A stretch of 64,000 bases of DNA. Source: Alphaproteobacteria bacterium. Lineage in GTDB: Bacteria; Pseudomonadota; Alphaproteobacteria; GCA-2731375. A program made the position numbers and the translations under genes. Under the pieces are notes generated by a model. That model had not been told where the DNA came from. It did no database searches and saw nothing but the letters and a program-made list of their open reading frames with translations. Positions 10,528-21,115 of this stretch are shown here, piece after piece; positions within the stretch are counted from its first letter, which is position 1; the number at the start of each line of letters is the position of its first letter. The DNA lies in contig CBDDBZ010000039.1 of NCBI GenBank assembly GCA_965225945.1, positions 320,001-384,000 on the forward strand, read 5' to 3'.

Positions 10528-11698
10528 TACCAATCGGCATTAATCAGAACTTATGCGCCCATTTACGCCGCCCGATGGACGTGATGTTCCATGGTTGATC
10601 GATGAGCTTGTTCCAGGCTTCGCAGCAGGAGGTGATGATCTGCTCGTCGGATTGGAAGACCAAGTTGGACAGCCAGTTGTCGCGCATGAACTGCCAGATG
10701 TTTTCGGTCGGATTGAGCTCCGGCGAGCGTGGTGGCAGGGGCAGGAGGGTAACGTTGGCGGGGATCTTCAGCTTGTCCGTGGTGTGCCAACCCGCCTGAT
10801 CGAGGAGCAGGAGGGCATGCGCGCGCGCGCCTACCCGGGAGGAGATCTCCTCCAGATGCAGCTGCATGGCCTGGGTGTCGCAGTGGGGGAGCACGAGGGC
10901 GGCGCCGACGCCGCGTTCGGGACAGATGGCGCCGAAGATATAGGCTGATTTGGTGCGCTGGTCATGCGGTGCGCGGGGCCGGGTTCCGCGCCGCGCCCAG
11001 CGCCGAGTGATCTTGTTCTTCTGGCCGACACGGGCTTCGTCCTGCCACCAGATTTCTATCTCGGTGCCGTCGGGCAGGCGCCGGCGGGCTTGTGCCACCA
11101 GCTCGGGGAATTTTTTTTAAAATCCTCGATGACGCCCTCCTCCTGGGCATGGTGGCGCGGACGCGCCGTCATCTTCGTGAAGCCCATCGCCTTCAATTCC
11201 CGGCTCACCGTGGTCTCGTCGAGCGAGATCGCGAACATATCCCGGATCCAGCCCGCCAGATCCTTCAGCCGCCAGCGCACCACGCCGTCGACCGCCGGGT
11301 TCGGCCCCGCATCGACGCGTGCCCCCAGCGCCTGGCGTTGTGCATCGTCGAGCTTCGCCACCGCACCGGGCGCCTTGCGATCGATCAAGCCGTCCGGGCC
11401 CTCGGCGTTGAAATGCAACACCCAATCTCGGATCACCTGAAGCCCCACGTGGCCGGTCCGTGCCGCATCCGTCCGCCGCCCACCGTCATAGATCACCGCG
11501 AGAGCCAAGAGCCGGCGGCTCTGGCCGGCATCCTTGGAAAGCTTCGCCAAGCGACGCAGCTCCGCCGCATCGAAATCCTCTCGTAACCCGATCGCCGCTC
11601 CCATGGTGAACCTCCTCAACTCCGAATCACCGGAATTGAGTCAGAAATCATCCACCATGGGAATCCTCAAAGTGAGTCTCCCTCAAGGCCAATTGGTA
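10528..11698 (-). mobile_element. IS630-family element inserted just after the IS66 transposase stop
   Basis: Ends TACCAATCGGC / TACCAATTGGC with terminal TA dinucleotides; exact boundary ambiguous by 1-2 nt. Confidence 0.85.
10544..11604 (-). CDS. IS630 transposase in two ORFs, probable programmed frameshift
   Basis: HTH ORF (to 11056) and DDE ORF (WQDEAR, LDQAGWH, SPELNPTE) joined at TTTTAAAAAAAATTC near 11108-11122. Confidence 0.85.
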
Positions 11699-12246
11699 TA
11701 AAAGGCCACCATGTACCTGGGCAGTTACAAGATATTTTTCATTCTCGGCCCGGATGGTGGACGGCTAAATTCACGTCGTCGCACACCAGAGGCCGGCCTG
11801 TCCGACGCCAATATTCCTCTATTCTTCAACAAGATAGCGCTGCTCTAGAAATTTTATGACAAGTGACGGAACATACCGCACTGAGTAGTCGCGCGCAATC
11901 ACGTTTACAAAGATTTCGAGAAATTGGCTCTGAACTATAACTTCGCGGAGAATCCGGACGTAGGATGGACTTCAACCCAAATGTCCCGCCTGATTAGAAA
12001 GCTAAGCAGCAGATTTCGAATGAGCGCTCGTGACCCATTGGCGGCGTTTGGACAGCGTTATATTCGGTGTGCCGAAGGCCTGCTTCGGGTCGACAATCTT
12101 CTATTGGCACCGGGTAATGTTACGGAGAGTCTTGGGGATATAACAGACATCGCGAGGCCATTGCGGACATTGCCTCGGATCGGCTGTTGTCGCGTTTTGC
12201 ACGCTTCAGTTGGTGAACAAAAACGGTGGAGTTCGAAACGACGCGC

Positions 12247-13131
12247 TCACTCCAGCTCCCGCTCGCGCCCCAGCCGCTGGCAGATATCGTCGAGTTGCTC
12301 CAGTGTTTCGTAGCGGATGCGGATCTCGCCGGCCTCGCCCTTGTGCGCGATCGCCACCACCAGGCCCAGCAGCTCGCCGAGCTCGCGTTCCAGCGCGCGG
12401 CTGTCGGCCTCGCCCGGCGCCGGCGCGGCCGGCGTGGCGCCGCTCCCGGCGTGCTCGGCCCGCCGGGCCCGTTTCGCCAGGCGCTCGACCTGGCGGGCGC
12501 TGAGGCCCTTCTGGACGATCTCGACGGCGAGCCGCTCGGCCCCCTCGATGCCGATCAGCGGGCGGGCCTGGCCGGGGCTCAAATCGCCCTCGTGCAGCAG
12601 CGTCTGGACCGCTTCGGGCAACGACAGCAAGCGGAGCGTGTTGGCGACGTGGCTGCGGCTCTTGCCGACCATGCGGGCGATGGCGTCCTGGTTCTGGCCA
12701 TGTTCGTCGATCAGGCGGCGATAGCCCTCCGCCTCCTCGATCGGGGTCAGATCCTCGCGCTGAATGTTTTCCACCAGCGCCAGTTCCAGGGTCTGGGCGT
12801 CGGAGAGTTCGCGGACCAGGATCGGCACCGTATGCAGCCGCGCCCGTTGCGCCGCCCGCCAGCGCCGCTCGCCGGCGACGATCTCGAAGCCATCGCCGTC
12901 GGGGGCGGGGCGTACCAGGATCGGCTGCAGGATGCCGCTGGCGCGAATCGAGACCGCCAGGTTCTCGATCTCCGCCTCGTCGAAGCGGCGGCGGGGTTGC
13001 AGGGGATTGGGCTTCAGGCGCTCGATCGCCGCTGTGCGCGCCGGCTCGAGGTCCGAATTTTCCTCGGCCCCGTCGTCCAGCAGGGCCGAGAGGCCGCGGC
13101 CCAGACCGCGCCGCCGGACCTCCTCGATCAT
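12247..13131 (-). CDS. parB: Chromosome partitioning protein ParB
   Basis: GLGRGLSALL, GERRWRAA, ENIQREDL, GKSRSHVANTLRLL. Confidence 0.96.
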   Translation of the reverse strand: MIEEVRRRGLGRGLSALLDDGAEENSDLEPARTAAIERLKPNPLQPRRRFDEAEIENLAVSIRASGILQPILVRPAPDGDGFEIVAGERRWRAAQRARLHTVPILVRELSDAQTLELALVENIQREDLTPIEEAEGYRRLIDEHGQNQDAIARMVGKSRSHVANTLRLLSLPEAVQTLLHEGDLSPGQARPLIGIEGAERLAVEIVQKGLSARQVERLAKRARRAEHAGSGATPAAPAPGEADSRALERELGELLGLVVAIAHKGEAGEIRIRYETLEQLDDICQRLGRERELE

Positions 13132-13970
13132 GGCGCGACTCTCCCCGCCTCGCGCCGCAACATCTCGCCGGCGAGCGCCATGTAGGCCAGGCTGCCGGCG
13201 CAGCGGTGGTCGTAGTACATCGCCGGGGTGCCGTGCGAGGGCGCCTCGGAGATTCGGACGTTTCTCGGGATCATCGTGTCGTAGACCTTCTCGCCCATGT
13301 GTCCCCTGACGTCGGCGGCGACTTGGCAGGCGAGCTTGTTGCGCCGGTCGTACATGGTCAAAACGATGCCCTGGATCTCCAGCTCGCGATTGTGGCTGCG
13401 GCGCAGCCGCTCGATGGTGCCCAGCAGCATGGTGAGGCCTTCCAGCGCGAAAAATTCGCACTGCAGCGGCACCATCACCGAATTGGCCGCCACCAGGGCG
13501 TTCACCGTCAACAGGCCGAGCGAGGGCGGACAGTCGATCAGCACGTAATCATAGGCCTCCCGCGCCGGCCCGAGGGCCCGGGCCAGGCGCCGGGTGCGGC
13601 GTTCGAGATCGAACAGCTCGATTTCGGCGCCGGAGAGGTCAGCGGTGGAGGGCACGATGTCGAGGCCGGCCACCTTGGTCTCCTGCCGCACGCCAGCGAG
13701 ACTCTCGTGGCCGAACAGCAGGGCGTAGGCACCGCCGCCGCGCGCGCTCCTGGCGAGGCCGAGGCCGGTGCTGGCGTTGCCCTGGGGATCGAGATCGACG
13801 ATCAGCACCCGTTTTTCGACGCAGGCGAGCCCGGTGGCCAGGTTGATCGCGGTCGTGGTCTTGCCGACGCCGCCCTTCTGGTTGGCGACGGCGATGATGC
13901 GGGACGAGGGCCGCGCCGCCGGCGCGCTGGCCTCGTCCCGGGGTCGAAAGCTGATGATCGAATCATTCAC
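13128..13970 (-). CDS. parA: Chromosome partitioning ATPase ParA
   Basis: ANQKGGVGKTTT, DLDPQGNAS, IDCPPSLG, IPRNVRISEAPSHG. Confidence 0.96.
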   Translation of the reverse strand: MNDSIISFRPRDEASAPAARPSSRIIAVANQKGGVGKTTTAINLATGLACVEKRVLIVDLDPQGNASTGLGLARSARGGGAYALLFGHESLAGVRQETKVAGLDIVPSTADLSGAEIELFDLERRTRRLARALGPAREAYDYVLIDCPPSLGLLTVNALVAANSVMVPLQCEFFALEGLTMLLGTIERLRRSHNRELEIQGIVLTMYDRRNKLACQVAADVRGHMGEKVYDTMIPRNVRISEAPSHGTPAMYYDHRCAGSLAYMALAGEMLRREAGRVAP

Positions 13971-14601
13971 GGCGGACCTCGCCCAAGCGCAGTACCGTGC
14001 CGTGGGGATCACTGAGACTCGGAAAGCGCTCGACCCGCATTTTCCAAGATTTAGTGGTCTCAGTCAATTCTTTGTCGACATCTTGACCCTTGAGCAGCAA
14101 AAAAACCGTATGCGCCTCGATCTGATCGGCGGCGAGATCGAGCAATCGGGAGAGCGGCGCGAAGCCCCGCGCGGTGATGATATCGGGCCGGAGAGGCGAC
14201 AGCGACTCGAGCCGCGTGCCGTGCAGCGTGATCTCGGCCTCGGCGTGCCGCGCCGCTTCGCTCAGAAAGGTGGCTTTTCGCCCGTCGCTCTCCACCAAGT
14301 GGACGTCGCCGACGCCCAGGATCGCCACCACGAGGCCGGGAAAGCCAGCGCCGCTGCCGAGATCGAGCCAGCGCCGGGCGCCGGGCTGCGCGTGGCGCGG
14401 CAGTTGGCCTGAATCCAGGACATGGCGGCGCCAGGGGTCCGCTAAGGTCGAGCGGCCGACCAGATTGATCGCCGGGTTCCATTTTTCGAGCAGCGCCAGG
14501 TGGCGCGCCAGGCGATCGAGTGTTTCACGTGAAACATCGAGCAGGCGGCCCAGACCCTCGCCCGTCAGCGGGGTCTCGGCCGCCGGCCGGCGGGCGATCA
14601 G
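13963..14601 (-). CDS. rsmG: 16S rRNA m7G527 methyltransferase RsmG (probable CTG start)
   Basis: Open frame DVSRET...KWNPAINLV...RHVLDS...[10 protein letters not shown]...LVESDGRK; no ATG/GTG/TTG upstream of these motifs. Confidence 0.9.
   Translation of the reverse strand: MIARRPAAETPLTGEGLGRLLDVSRETLDRLARHLALLEKWNPAINLVGRSTLADPWRRHVLDSGQLPRHAQPGARRWLDLGSGAGFPGLVVAILGVGDVHLVESDGRKATFLSEAARHAEAEITLHGTRLESLSPLRPDIITARGFAPLSRLLDLAADQIEAHTVFLLLKGQDVDKELTETTKSWKMRVERFPSLSDPHGTVLRLGEVRRE
14521..14536. promoter_or_regulatory. parS site (inside rsmG)
   Basis: Perfect palindrome TGTTTCACGTGAAACA. Confidence 0.92.
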
Positions 14602-16460
14602 ACGGCCTCGCGCGACGGCCGCCGCCGCGCCCGGCTCAGCAGCGCCGCCAGCGCCGCCGGCGTCATCCCCGGAATGCGCCCCGCCGCGCCGATGGTGGCC
14701 GGACGGTGGCGCTTCAGCAATTCCCGCGCCTCGGCCGAGAGCCCGCCGATCGCGTCGTAATCCAGCTCGCCCGGCAGCAGCAGATCCTCCTCCCGCCGGA
14801 AGGCGACGATGTCGGCCTCCTGGCGCTCCAGATAGCCATGATAGTGGGCGTCGATCTCCACCCCTTCGGCGACCTCGGGCGCCGCCCGGCCGAGTTCCGG
14901 CCAGATCGCCGCCAAGCCAGCGAGGGTGACGCCGGGATAGGCCAGCAGGTCGAAGGCGCTGCGGCGCCGGCCGTCCAGGTTCACCGCCATGCCGCGGGCC
15001 CGCCAGGCGTTGGGGCTCAGCTCCAGCTCCGCCAGCCGGCGGGCGAGCCCGTCGAGCGCGGCCATCTTCGCGGCGTGCGCCGCCGTCCGCTCCGGCCCGA
15101 CGCAGCCGAGCGCGATTCCCGCCCCCGTCAGCCGACGATCGGCGTTGTCGGCCCGGAGCCGCAGGCGATACTCGGCCCGCGAGGTGAACATGCGGTAAGG
15201 CTCGCTCACCCCCCGCGTCACCAGATCGTCGATCATCACGCCGATATAGGCCTCCGTGCGATCCGGCAGATAGGCTCGCTCTCCCGCCGCCGAGCGGGCG
15301 GCGTTGAGGCCGGCGATCAGGCCCTGCGCGGCGGCTTCCTCGTAGCCGGTGGTGCCGTTGATCTGCCCGGCGAGGAAGAGCCCGGCCAGGGCCCGCGTCT
15401 CCAGCGCCGGGGTCAGCTCGCGCGGATCGACATAGTCGTATTCGATGGCGTAGCCGGGGCGCAGGATTTCCGCGCCTTCCAGACCGGGGATCGAGGCCAC
15501 CAGCGCCGCCTGCACCTGGCGCGGCAGCGAGGTCGAAATCCCGTTCGGATAGACCGTGTGGTCGTCCAGCCCCTCCGGCTCCAGGAAGATCTGGTGGTGG
15601 TCGCGATCGGCGAAGCGGTGGATCTTATCTTCGATCGAGGGGCAGTAGCGGGGGCCGATCGACTCGATTCGGCCCGAATACATCGGCGAACGGTCGAGGT
15701 TGGCGCGGATGATCGCGTGGCCCTCGGGCCCGGTATGGGTGATGTGACAGTCGATCTGGGGCGTCGTGGTGCCCCGGGTCAGAAACGAGAAAAAGCTGGG
15801 GCTCGCGTCCCCCGGCTGGCGCTCGAGCCCCGAGCTATCGATGGTGCGGCCGTCGAGACGCGGCGGCGTTCCGGTCTTCAGCCGGCCCATGGCCAGGCCC
15901 AGGTCACCAATCGTCCGGGCGAGGCCGATCGAGGGCGCCTCCCCCACGCGCCCCGCGGGCCAAGATTCCTCCCCGAGGTGGATCAACCCCCGGAGGAAGG
16001 TGCCGGTGGTCAAGACCACGCGGCCGGCGGCGATGCGCTCCCCCTCGGCGGTGACGACGCCCGCTACCCGGTCGTCTTTCGTGATCAGGTCCTCGACGGC
16101 GGCGGCCTTGCTCTCCAGGCCGGGGACGGCGGCGAGCGCGCCCTGCATAGCCCGGCGATAGAGCTTGCGGTCGACCTGGGCGCGGGGCCCCCGCACAGCC
16201 GGTCCCTTGCTCAGGTTGAGCAGGCGGAACTGGATTCCGGCGCGGTCCGCGACCCGGCCCATCAGGCCGTCGAGCGCGTCGATCTCGCGCGCCAGATGGC
16301 CCTTACCGAGGCCGCCGATCGCCGGATTGCAGCTCATCTCGCCGATGGTGTCGAGCCGGTGGGTGAGCAGCAGCGTGGCCGCGCCGAGGCGCGCGGAGGC
16401 CGCCGCCGCTTCCGTGCCGGCGTGACCGCCGCCGATGACGATGACGTCGTAGCCGCCCAT
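14598..16460 (-). CDS. mnmG: tRNA uridine modification enzyme MnmG (GidA)
   Basis: [48 protein letters not shown]. Confidence 0.97.
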   Translation of the reverse strand: MGGYDVIVIGGGHAGTEAAAASARLGAATLLLTHRLDTIGEMSCNPAIGGLGKGHLAREIDALDGLMGRVADRAGIQFRLLNLSKGPAVRGPRAQVDRKLYRRAMQGALAAVPGLESKAAAVEDLITKDDRVAGVVTAEGERIAAGRVVLTTGTFLRGLIHLGEESWPAGRVGEAPSIGLARTIGDLGLAMGRLKTGTPPRLDGRTIDSSGLERQPGDASPSFFSFLTRGTTTPQIDCHITHTGPEGHAIIRANLDRSPMYSGRIESIGPRYCPSIEDKIHRFADRDHHQIFLEPEGLDDHTVYPNGISTSLPRQVQAALVASIPGLEGAEILRPGYAIEYDYVDPRELTPALETRALAGLFLAGQINGTTGYEEAAAQGLIAGLNAARSAAGERAYLPDRTEAYIGVMIDDLVTRGVSEPYRMFTSRAEYRLRLRADNADRRLTGAGIALGCVGPERTAAHAAKMAALDGLARRLAELELSPNAWRARGMAVNLDGRRRSAFDLLAYPGVTLAGLAAIWPELGRAAPEVAEGVEIDAHYHGYLERQEADIVAFRREEDLLLPGELDYDAIGGLSAEARELLKRHRPATIGAAGRIPGMTPAALAALLSRARRRPSREAV

Positions 16461-16498
16461 GGCCTTCCTGCTCCCGCCTTGGCCCGAAGTCGCCCGGA

Positions 16499-16803
16499 AT
16501 GTAGGGAGGGGTGCCGGCGAAGTCAAAACCAGGCACCATGTTTCACGTGAAACCGCGACAGGCGTTGCCGTTCGGTGTCAATCGCGGCCCCTGAGCGGCT
16601 TGGGGCGGCCCGCCGCCGCGTTTTCATTTCGTTATCGAAACAAACAGTAAATTCGCCCGCCGAGCGGCCTCGAGTGCGGATGAGGCCGAATGAAAGCGGG
16701 AGAATAAGGATACCGAGGCAAAGCCGAGGAACTTTTTCACGATCAGCGATGTAGGAAGGGGCGCCGGCGAAGTCGAAACCAGGCGCGATGTTTCACGTGA
16801 AAC
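16499..16803. repeat. Two 55-bp direct repeats, each ending in parS
   Basis: 16499-16553 vs 16749-16803, 50/55 identical, 250-bp offset. Confidence 0.9.
16539..16554. promoter_or_regulatory. parS site
   Basis: TGTTTCACGTGAAACC (15/16 to the perfect palindrome). Confidence 0.88.
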
Positions 16804-16804
16804 A
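16789..16804. promoter_or_regulatory. parS site
   Basis: TGTTTCACGTGAAACA within a 22-bp palindrome CGATGTTTCACGTGAAACATCG. Confidence 0.92.
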
Positions 16805-16818
16805 TCGTCATACGTCGC

Positions 16819-18153
16819 TTATTTGCCGATGCAGAATTCCGAGAACACAATATCTAGTATGTCCTCGACGTCGACGCGGCCGGTGATGCGGCCGATCGCG
16901 CGCGCCGCGAGGCGCAGGTCCTCGGCCATCAGCTCAGCTTCGCCCGCTGCTAGCGCCCGCGCCAGCGCGGCGCGGCACTCACCGAGCGCGCTCCGGTGGC
17001 GGGTCCGCGTCACCAACGGCGCAGCGCCGCCATCGAGCCGCCGCGCCGCCTCCCGCTCCAGCCGCGCGAGCAGATCGTCGAGCCCCTGGCCGGTCCGGAG
17101 CGAGAGCGGAATCGGGCTCTGGCCGGCGAATTCGGCCGGCGCCGGGGCGAGGTCGATCTTGTTGGCGAGGATCAAAGCGTCCTCGCCCGTCACCGCCGCC
17201 AGGCTCTCGGCGTCAGGGGGCTCGGCGGCGTCGATCACGACGAGCCGCAGATCCGCCGCCTCGCCGCGGCGCCGGGCGCGCCGCACGCCTTCCGCCTCCA
17301 CCGCCTCGCGGGGCCGGCGGAGGCCGGCGGTATCGGCCAGGATCAGGGGATAGCCGGCGAGATCCAGGCGCACCTCCAAGACGTCGCGGGTGGTCCCGGG
17401 CTGGTCCGTGACGATGGCGACGTCGCGTTTGGCGAGCGCGTTCAGCAGGCTGGACTTGCCGGCGTTGGGCGGCCCCAGGATCGCGACCTGGAGGCCGTCG
17501 CGAAGCCGCTCGCCGCGGCGCTCGTCCTCCAGATGGCGCGCGATCTCGCCCGCCAGCGCGGCGATTTCGCCCGGCAGCCGGGCCACGGCGCCCGCCGCGA
17601 CGTCGCCCTCCTCCTCGGCGAAGTCGATCTCGGCCTCGATCTCGGCCAGCAGGCGCAGCAAGCGCCCGCGCCAGGCCTCGTAGAGTCCGCCCAGCCGGCC
17701 GCCCATCTGGTCGAGGGCCTGGCGCCGTTGCCGGGCGGTTTCGGCGGCGATCAGGTCGGCCAGGCCCTCGGCCTCGGTCAGGTCCAGCTTGCCTTCCAGG
17801 AAGGCGCGGCGGGAGAATTCCCCCGCTTCGGCCGGGCGCAGGCCCGCCACGCCCGCCAACGCCTCCAGCACGCCGGAGAGAACCGCCGCGCCGCCGTGGA
17901 GGTGCAGCTCCACCACATCCTCCCCGGTGTAGCTCGCGGGCGCGGGAAACCAGAGCACCAGCGCCTCGTCCAGGATCTCGCGCGCCTCGGGATCGCTGAG
18001 CCGCCGCCGGGTCGCCACGCGGGGCGTCGGGAGCTCGGCCCCCGTGAGCTTGCGGAGGGCTTCGGCGGCGGCCGAGCCGGAGACGCGGATTACCGCGATG
18101 CCAGCGCGGCCACGCCCGCTCGCCGGGGCGAAGATGGTGGCGCCGTCGGTCAT
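16819..18153 (-). CDS. mnmE: tRNA modification GTPase MnmE
   Basis: SYTGEDVVELHLHGG, GPPNAGKSS, PGTTRD, C-terminal FCIGK. Confidence 0.96.
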   Translation of the reverse strand: MTDGATIFAPASGRGRAGIAVIRVSGSAAAEALRKLTGAELPTPRVATRRRLSDPEAREILDEALVLWFPAPASYTGEDVVELHLHGGAAVLSGVLEALAGVAGLRPAEAGEFSRRAFLEGKLDLTEAEGLADLIAAETARQRRQALDQMGGRLGGLYEAWRGRLLRLLAEIEAEIDFAEEEGDVAAGAVARLPGEIAALAGEIARHLEDERRGERLRDGLQVAILGPPNAGKSSLLNALAKRDVAIVTDQPGTTRDVLEVRLDLAGYPLILADTAGLRRPREAVEAEGVRRARRRGEAADLRLVVIDAAEPPDAESLAAVTGEDALILANKIDLAPAPAEFAGQSPIPLSLRTGQGLDDLLARLEREAARRLDGGAAPLVTRTRHRSALGECRAALARALAAGEAELMAEDLRLAARAIGRITGRVDVEDILDIVFSEFCIGK

Positions 18154-18188
18154 GTTCGCCTCGCCCGGCCCGGGTGAGCGGGTCGACT

Positions 18189-18566
18189 TTACTCCGCCGC
18201 CTGGCGCAGCTGTTCGGGGCGGAGCTCGACCTGTTCCGGATCGAGCATCAGGCGCCGGACCCGGCCGCCCTCGATCACGTGGGTGTTCAGGATCTCGTCC
18301 AAGTCCTCGGTATTGCGATAGGTGTACCAGACGCCCTCGGGATAGATCACCATGGTCGGGCCCAGCTCGCAGCGGTCGAGGCAGCCGGCGATGTTCACTC
18401 GGACGCCCTCGAGCTTGAGCTGTTTTGCCTTGGCCTTCAGATAGTTGCGCAAGCGGACCGAGTCTTTCTCGCTGCAGCAGCCGCGCGGGTGGCCCGGCTG
18501 GCGCACGTTGGTGCAACAGAAGATGTGGCGCTCGTAGTAGAGCGGCGACGTCGACTCCGCGCTCAC
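18189..18566 (-). CDS. Thioredoxin-like [2Fe-2S] ferredoxin
   Basis: HIFCCTN...GCC...AGCLDRCELGPTMVIYPEGVWY. Confidence 0.88.
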   Translation of the reverse strand: MSAESTSPLYYERHIFCCTNVRQPGHPRGCCSEKDSVRLRNYLKAKAKQLKLEGVRVNIAGCLDRCELGPTMVIYPEGVWYTYRNTEDLDEILNTHVIEGGRVRRLMLDPEQVELRPEQLRQAAE

Positions 18567-18703
18567 GCTGTTTCGGCCTCCCTAGGGTTCTGATTCAGAG
18601 GTAGTTACGCAACCGAACTGAATCGAAAGACCATTAAATCCAATGGGATAGTGCTGCACATGACACTAATAACCTGGTATTATTTGTTTGATCTACGGCA
18701 ATA

Positions 18704-18952
18704 TTACTGGTCCGTTTTGCCGCCGCCCGAGAAGCCGCTCCAGAAGGTCTTCTGCAGGCGTTCCCAACCTTCCGCGCCGCCGGCCGGCATCCAGACTTTC
18801 AGCAAGCTCTCCGGATCGCTTGCCTGGACAAACTCGCTCATCCGCGCCGCCAGTTCCTCCCCCAGACGCTCCTGCATGGCCCGGAGGTCGGGCAGGCCCA
18901 AGGCCGCCCGCGCCTCTTCCGGCGTGCAGTCGATCTCGATGCTGATCTTCAT
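18704..18952 (-). CDS. Small conserved alphaproteobacterial protein (DUF6489-like)
   Basis: MKISIEIDCTPEEARAALGLPDL. Confidence 0.75.
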   Translation of the reverse strand: MKISIEIDCTPEEARAALGLPDLRAMQERLGEELAARMSEFVQASDPESLLKVWMPAGGAEGWERLQKTFWSGFSGGGKTDQ

Positions 18953-19062
18953 GCCGCGTCGATCCCGTGCTAGGTTGCCCCGGCGCGCCCGCAACCCTAT
19001 GCGAGAGCCGGCGCCGGCGCAAGAATGGCCATCAAGTGGTCGCGGGCGCGAGAGGGACGGCC

Positions 19063-21090
19063 ATGCGCAACGAGTTGGACGGCGAAACCAGTCCCTATCT
19101 GCTGCAACATCACGCCAATCCGGTCCACTGGCAGGCCTGGAGCGAGGCGGTCCTGGCCCGGGCGAAGGCCGAGGACCGGCCGATCCTGCTGTCGATCGGC
19201 TATGCCGCCTGCCATTGGTGCCACGTGATGGCGCACGAGAGCTTCGAGAACGCCGAGATCGCGGGGCTGATGAACGAACTCTTCGTCAACGTCAAGGTCG
19301 ACCGGGAGGAACGGCCCGACCTCGACGCGATCTACCAGAACGCCCTGGCGCTGCTGGGCCAGCAGGGCGGCTGGCCGCTCACCATGTTCCTGACGCCGGC
19401 GGGCGAGCCGTTCTGGGGCGGGACCTATTTCCCGCCGGAATCGCGCTATGGCCGGCCCGGCTTTCCCGAGGTTCTGCGCCGGGTCTCGGAAAGCTATCAC
19501 CAGAGCCGCGAGACGGTGGAGCGCAACACCGAAGCGCTGATGCAGGGACTGCGGCAACTGGCGGCGCCCAAGGCCGAAGCGGTGCCATTGGAATTGGGCC
19601 TGCTGGACGAGGTGGCGGCGCAATTGATGCACCAGGTCGATCCCTTCCTGGGCGGTATCGGCGGCGCGCCCAAGTTCCCGCAAGTCCCGAGCTTCACGCT
19701 GCTTTGGCGGGCCTATCTGAGGACTGGCGAGGACAGCTACCAGCGGGCCGTCACCACCACCCTCGATCAGATGTGCGAGGGCGGGATCTACGACCACTTG
19801 GGCGGCGGCTTCGCCCGCTACGCGACCGACGAGCGCTGGCTGGCGCCGCATTTCGAGAAAATGCTTTACGACAACGCGCAGTTGATCGAGCTGCTGGGCC
19901 TGGTCTGGCAGGAGAGCGGCGCGCCGCTTTATCGCCGCCGGGTGGAGGAGACGGTTCGTTGGGTGCTCGACGAGATGATCGCGCCGGAGGGCGGCTTCGC
20001 GGCGACGCTGGATGCCGATTCCGAGGGCGAGGAAGGCAAGTTCTATGTTTGGAGCGAGGCCGAGATCGACCGCCTGCTGGGTGCCCGCGCACCTGCCTTC
20101 AAGGCGGTCTACGACGTCGGGCCGCGGGGCAACTGGGAAGGCAAGGTGATCCTCAATCGCTCCCGCCTGCTGGGGCTGGGCGAGCCCGTGGACGAGACGG
20201 CGCTCGCCGCCGACCGGGCGGTGCTGCTGGCGGCGCGGGCCAAACGCATCCGCCCCGGCTGGGACGACAAGGTGCTGGCCGACTGGAACGGCCTGATGAT
20301 TGCCGCGATGGCCGGCGCCGCGCGCAGTTTCGAGCGGCCGGACTGGCTGGCGGCGGCCGTGGCGGCGTTCGATTTCGTCATCACCCACATGGCCGACGGC
20401 GCGCGGCTCTGGCACAGCTACCGGGTCTCCAAGTTGCGCCAGGCGGGCATGCTGGACGATTACGCCGCCATGGCCCGGGGCGCGCTGGTGCTCTACGAGG
20501 CCACGGGGGAGGCGCGATATCTAGACTACGCGCGGGGCTGGGTGGCGGTGCTGGACCAGCACTTCTGGGATTCGAGCGCCGGCGGCTACTTCTTCACCGC
20601 CGCCGACGCACCCGACCTGATCACCCGCCAGCGCCACTGCGCCGACAACGCGACGCCGGCCGGCAACGCGGTGATCACCGAGGTCCTGACCCGGCTCTGG
20701 CACCTGAGCGGCGAAAGTGCCTACGCCGAGCGGGCGGAAGCGGTGTTCCAGGCCTTCTCGGGCGACCTCCGGCGCAATTACTTCCCCCTCACCACCTATC
20801 TCAACAACCTGGAGACGGCGCTCCGCCCGGTGCAAATCGTGATCGTCGGCGAGGCCGAATCGCGGGCGCGCGCGGCGCTGGCCGCGGTGGTTCACGCCAC
20901 CTCGCTCCCCGGCCGGATCCTCCAGGTGACGGCGCCCGACGTCGAATTACCCCCTGGCCACCCCGCCCACGCCAAGTCCATGGTCGACGGCAAGCCCGCC
21001 GCCTATGTCTGCGTCGGCGAGACCTGTACGCTCCCGCTCACCACCCCCGAGGCCCTCAAGGCCGCGTTGTCGGTGGCGCGGGCGGGCTAG
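19063..21090 (+). CDS. YyaL/SSP411-family thioredoxin-domain protein
   Basis: [45 protein letters not shown]. Confidence 0.92.
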   Translation: MRNELDGETSPYLLQHHANPVHWQAWSEAVLARAKAEDRPILLSIGYAACHWCHVMAHESFENAEIAGLMNELFVNVKVDREERPDLDAIYQNALALLGQQGGWPLTMFLTPAGEPFWGGTYFPPESRYGRPGFPEVLRRVSESYHQSRETVERNTEALMQGLRQLAAPKAEAVPLELGLLDEVAAQLMHQVDPFLGGIGGAPKFPQVPSFTLLWRAYLRTGEDSYQRAVTTTLDQMCEGGIYDHLGGGFARYATDERWLAPHFEKMLYDNAQLIELLGLVWQESGAPLYRRRVEETVRWVLDEMIAPEGGFAATLDADSEGEEGKFYVWSEAEIDRLLGARAPAFKAVYDVGPRGNWEGKVILNRSRLLGLGEPVDETALAADRAVLLAARAKRIRPGWDDKVLADWNGLMIAAMAGAARSFERPDWLAAAVAAFDFVITHMADGARLWHSYRVSKLRQAGMLDDYAAMARGALVLYEATGEARYLDYARGWVAVLDQHFWDSSAGGYFFTAADAPDLITRQRHCADNATPAGNAVITEVLTRLWHLSGESAYAERAEAVFQAFSGDLRRNYFPLTTYLNNLETALRPVQIVIVGEAESRARAALAAVVHATSLPGRILQVTAPDVELPPGHPAHAKSMVDGKPAAYVCVGETCTLPLTTPEALKAALSVARAG

Positions 21091-21115
21091 GCGCGCCGTC
21101 CGCTGGCCGATGGCG

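Larger units (their letters stand above)
1030..11728 (+). mobile_element. IS66-family element (single-ORF ISBst12-type), outermost layer of a nested IS stack
   Basis: Perfect 15-bp TIR GTAACTGCCCAGGTA (1030-1044 / 11714-11728); 8-bp TSD AAGATATT at 1022-1029 and 11729-11736. Confidence 0.93.

Noticed and set aside
11108-11122. IS630 frameshift as an inactivating mutation
   Set aside because: An A-rich slippery site between the HTH and DDE ORFs is a known feature of many IS630 elements
11924-12313. 129-aa ORF downstream of the IS nest
   Set aside because: No recognisable motif, TTG start, and it overlaps the parB 3' end on the opposite strand
14520-16550. Long antisense or alternate-frame ORFs (also 18651-21365, 50892-53564 and others)
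   Set aside because: Shadow ORFs expected in high-GC coding DNA; they overlap well-supported genes
16499-16803. Possible CRISPR repeat-spacer unit
   Set aside because: Only two 55-bp copies, a 195-bp gap, parS content and no cas genes
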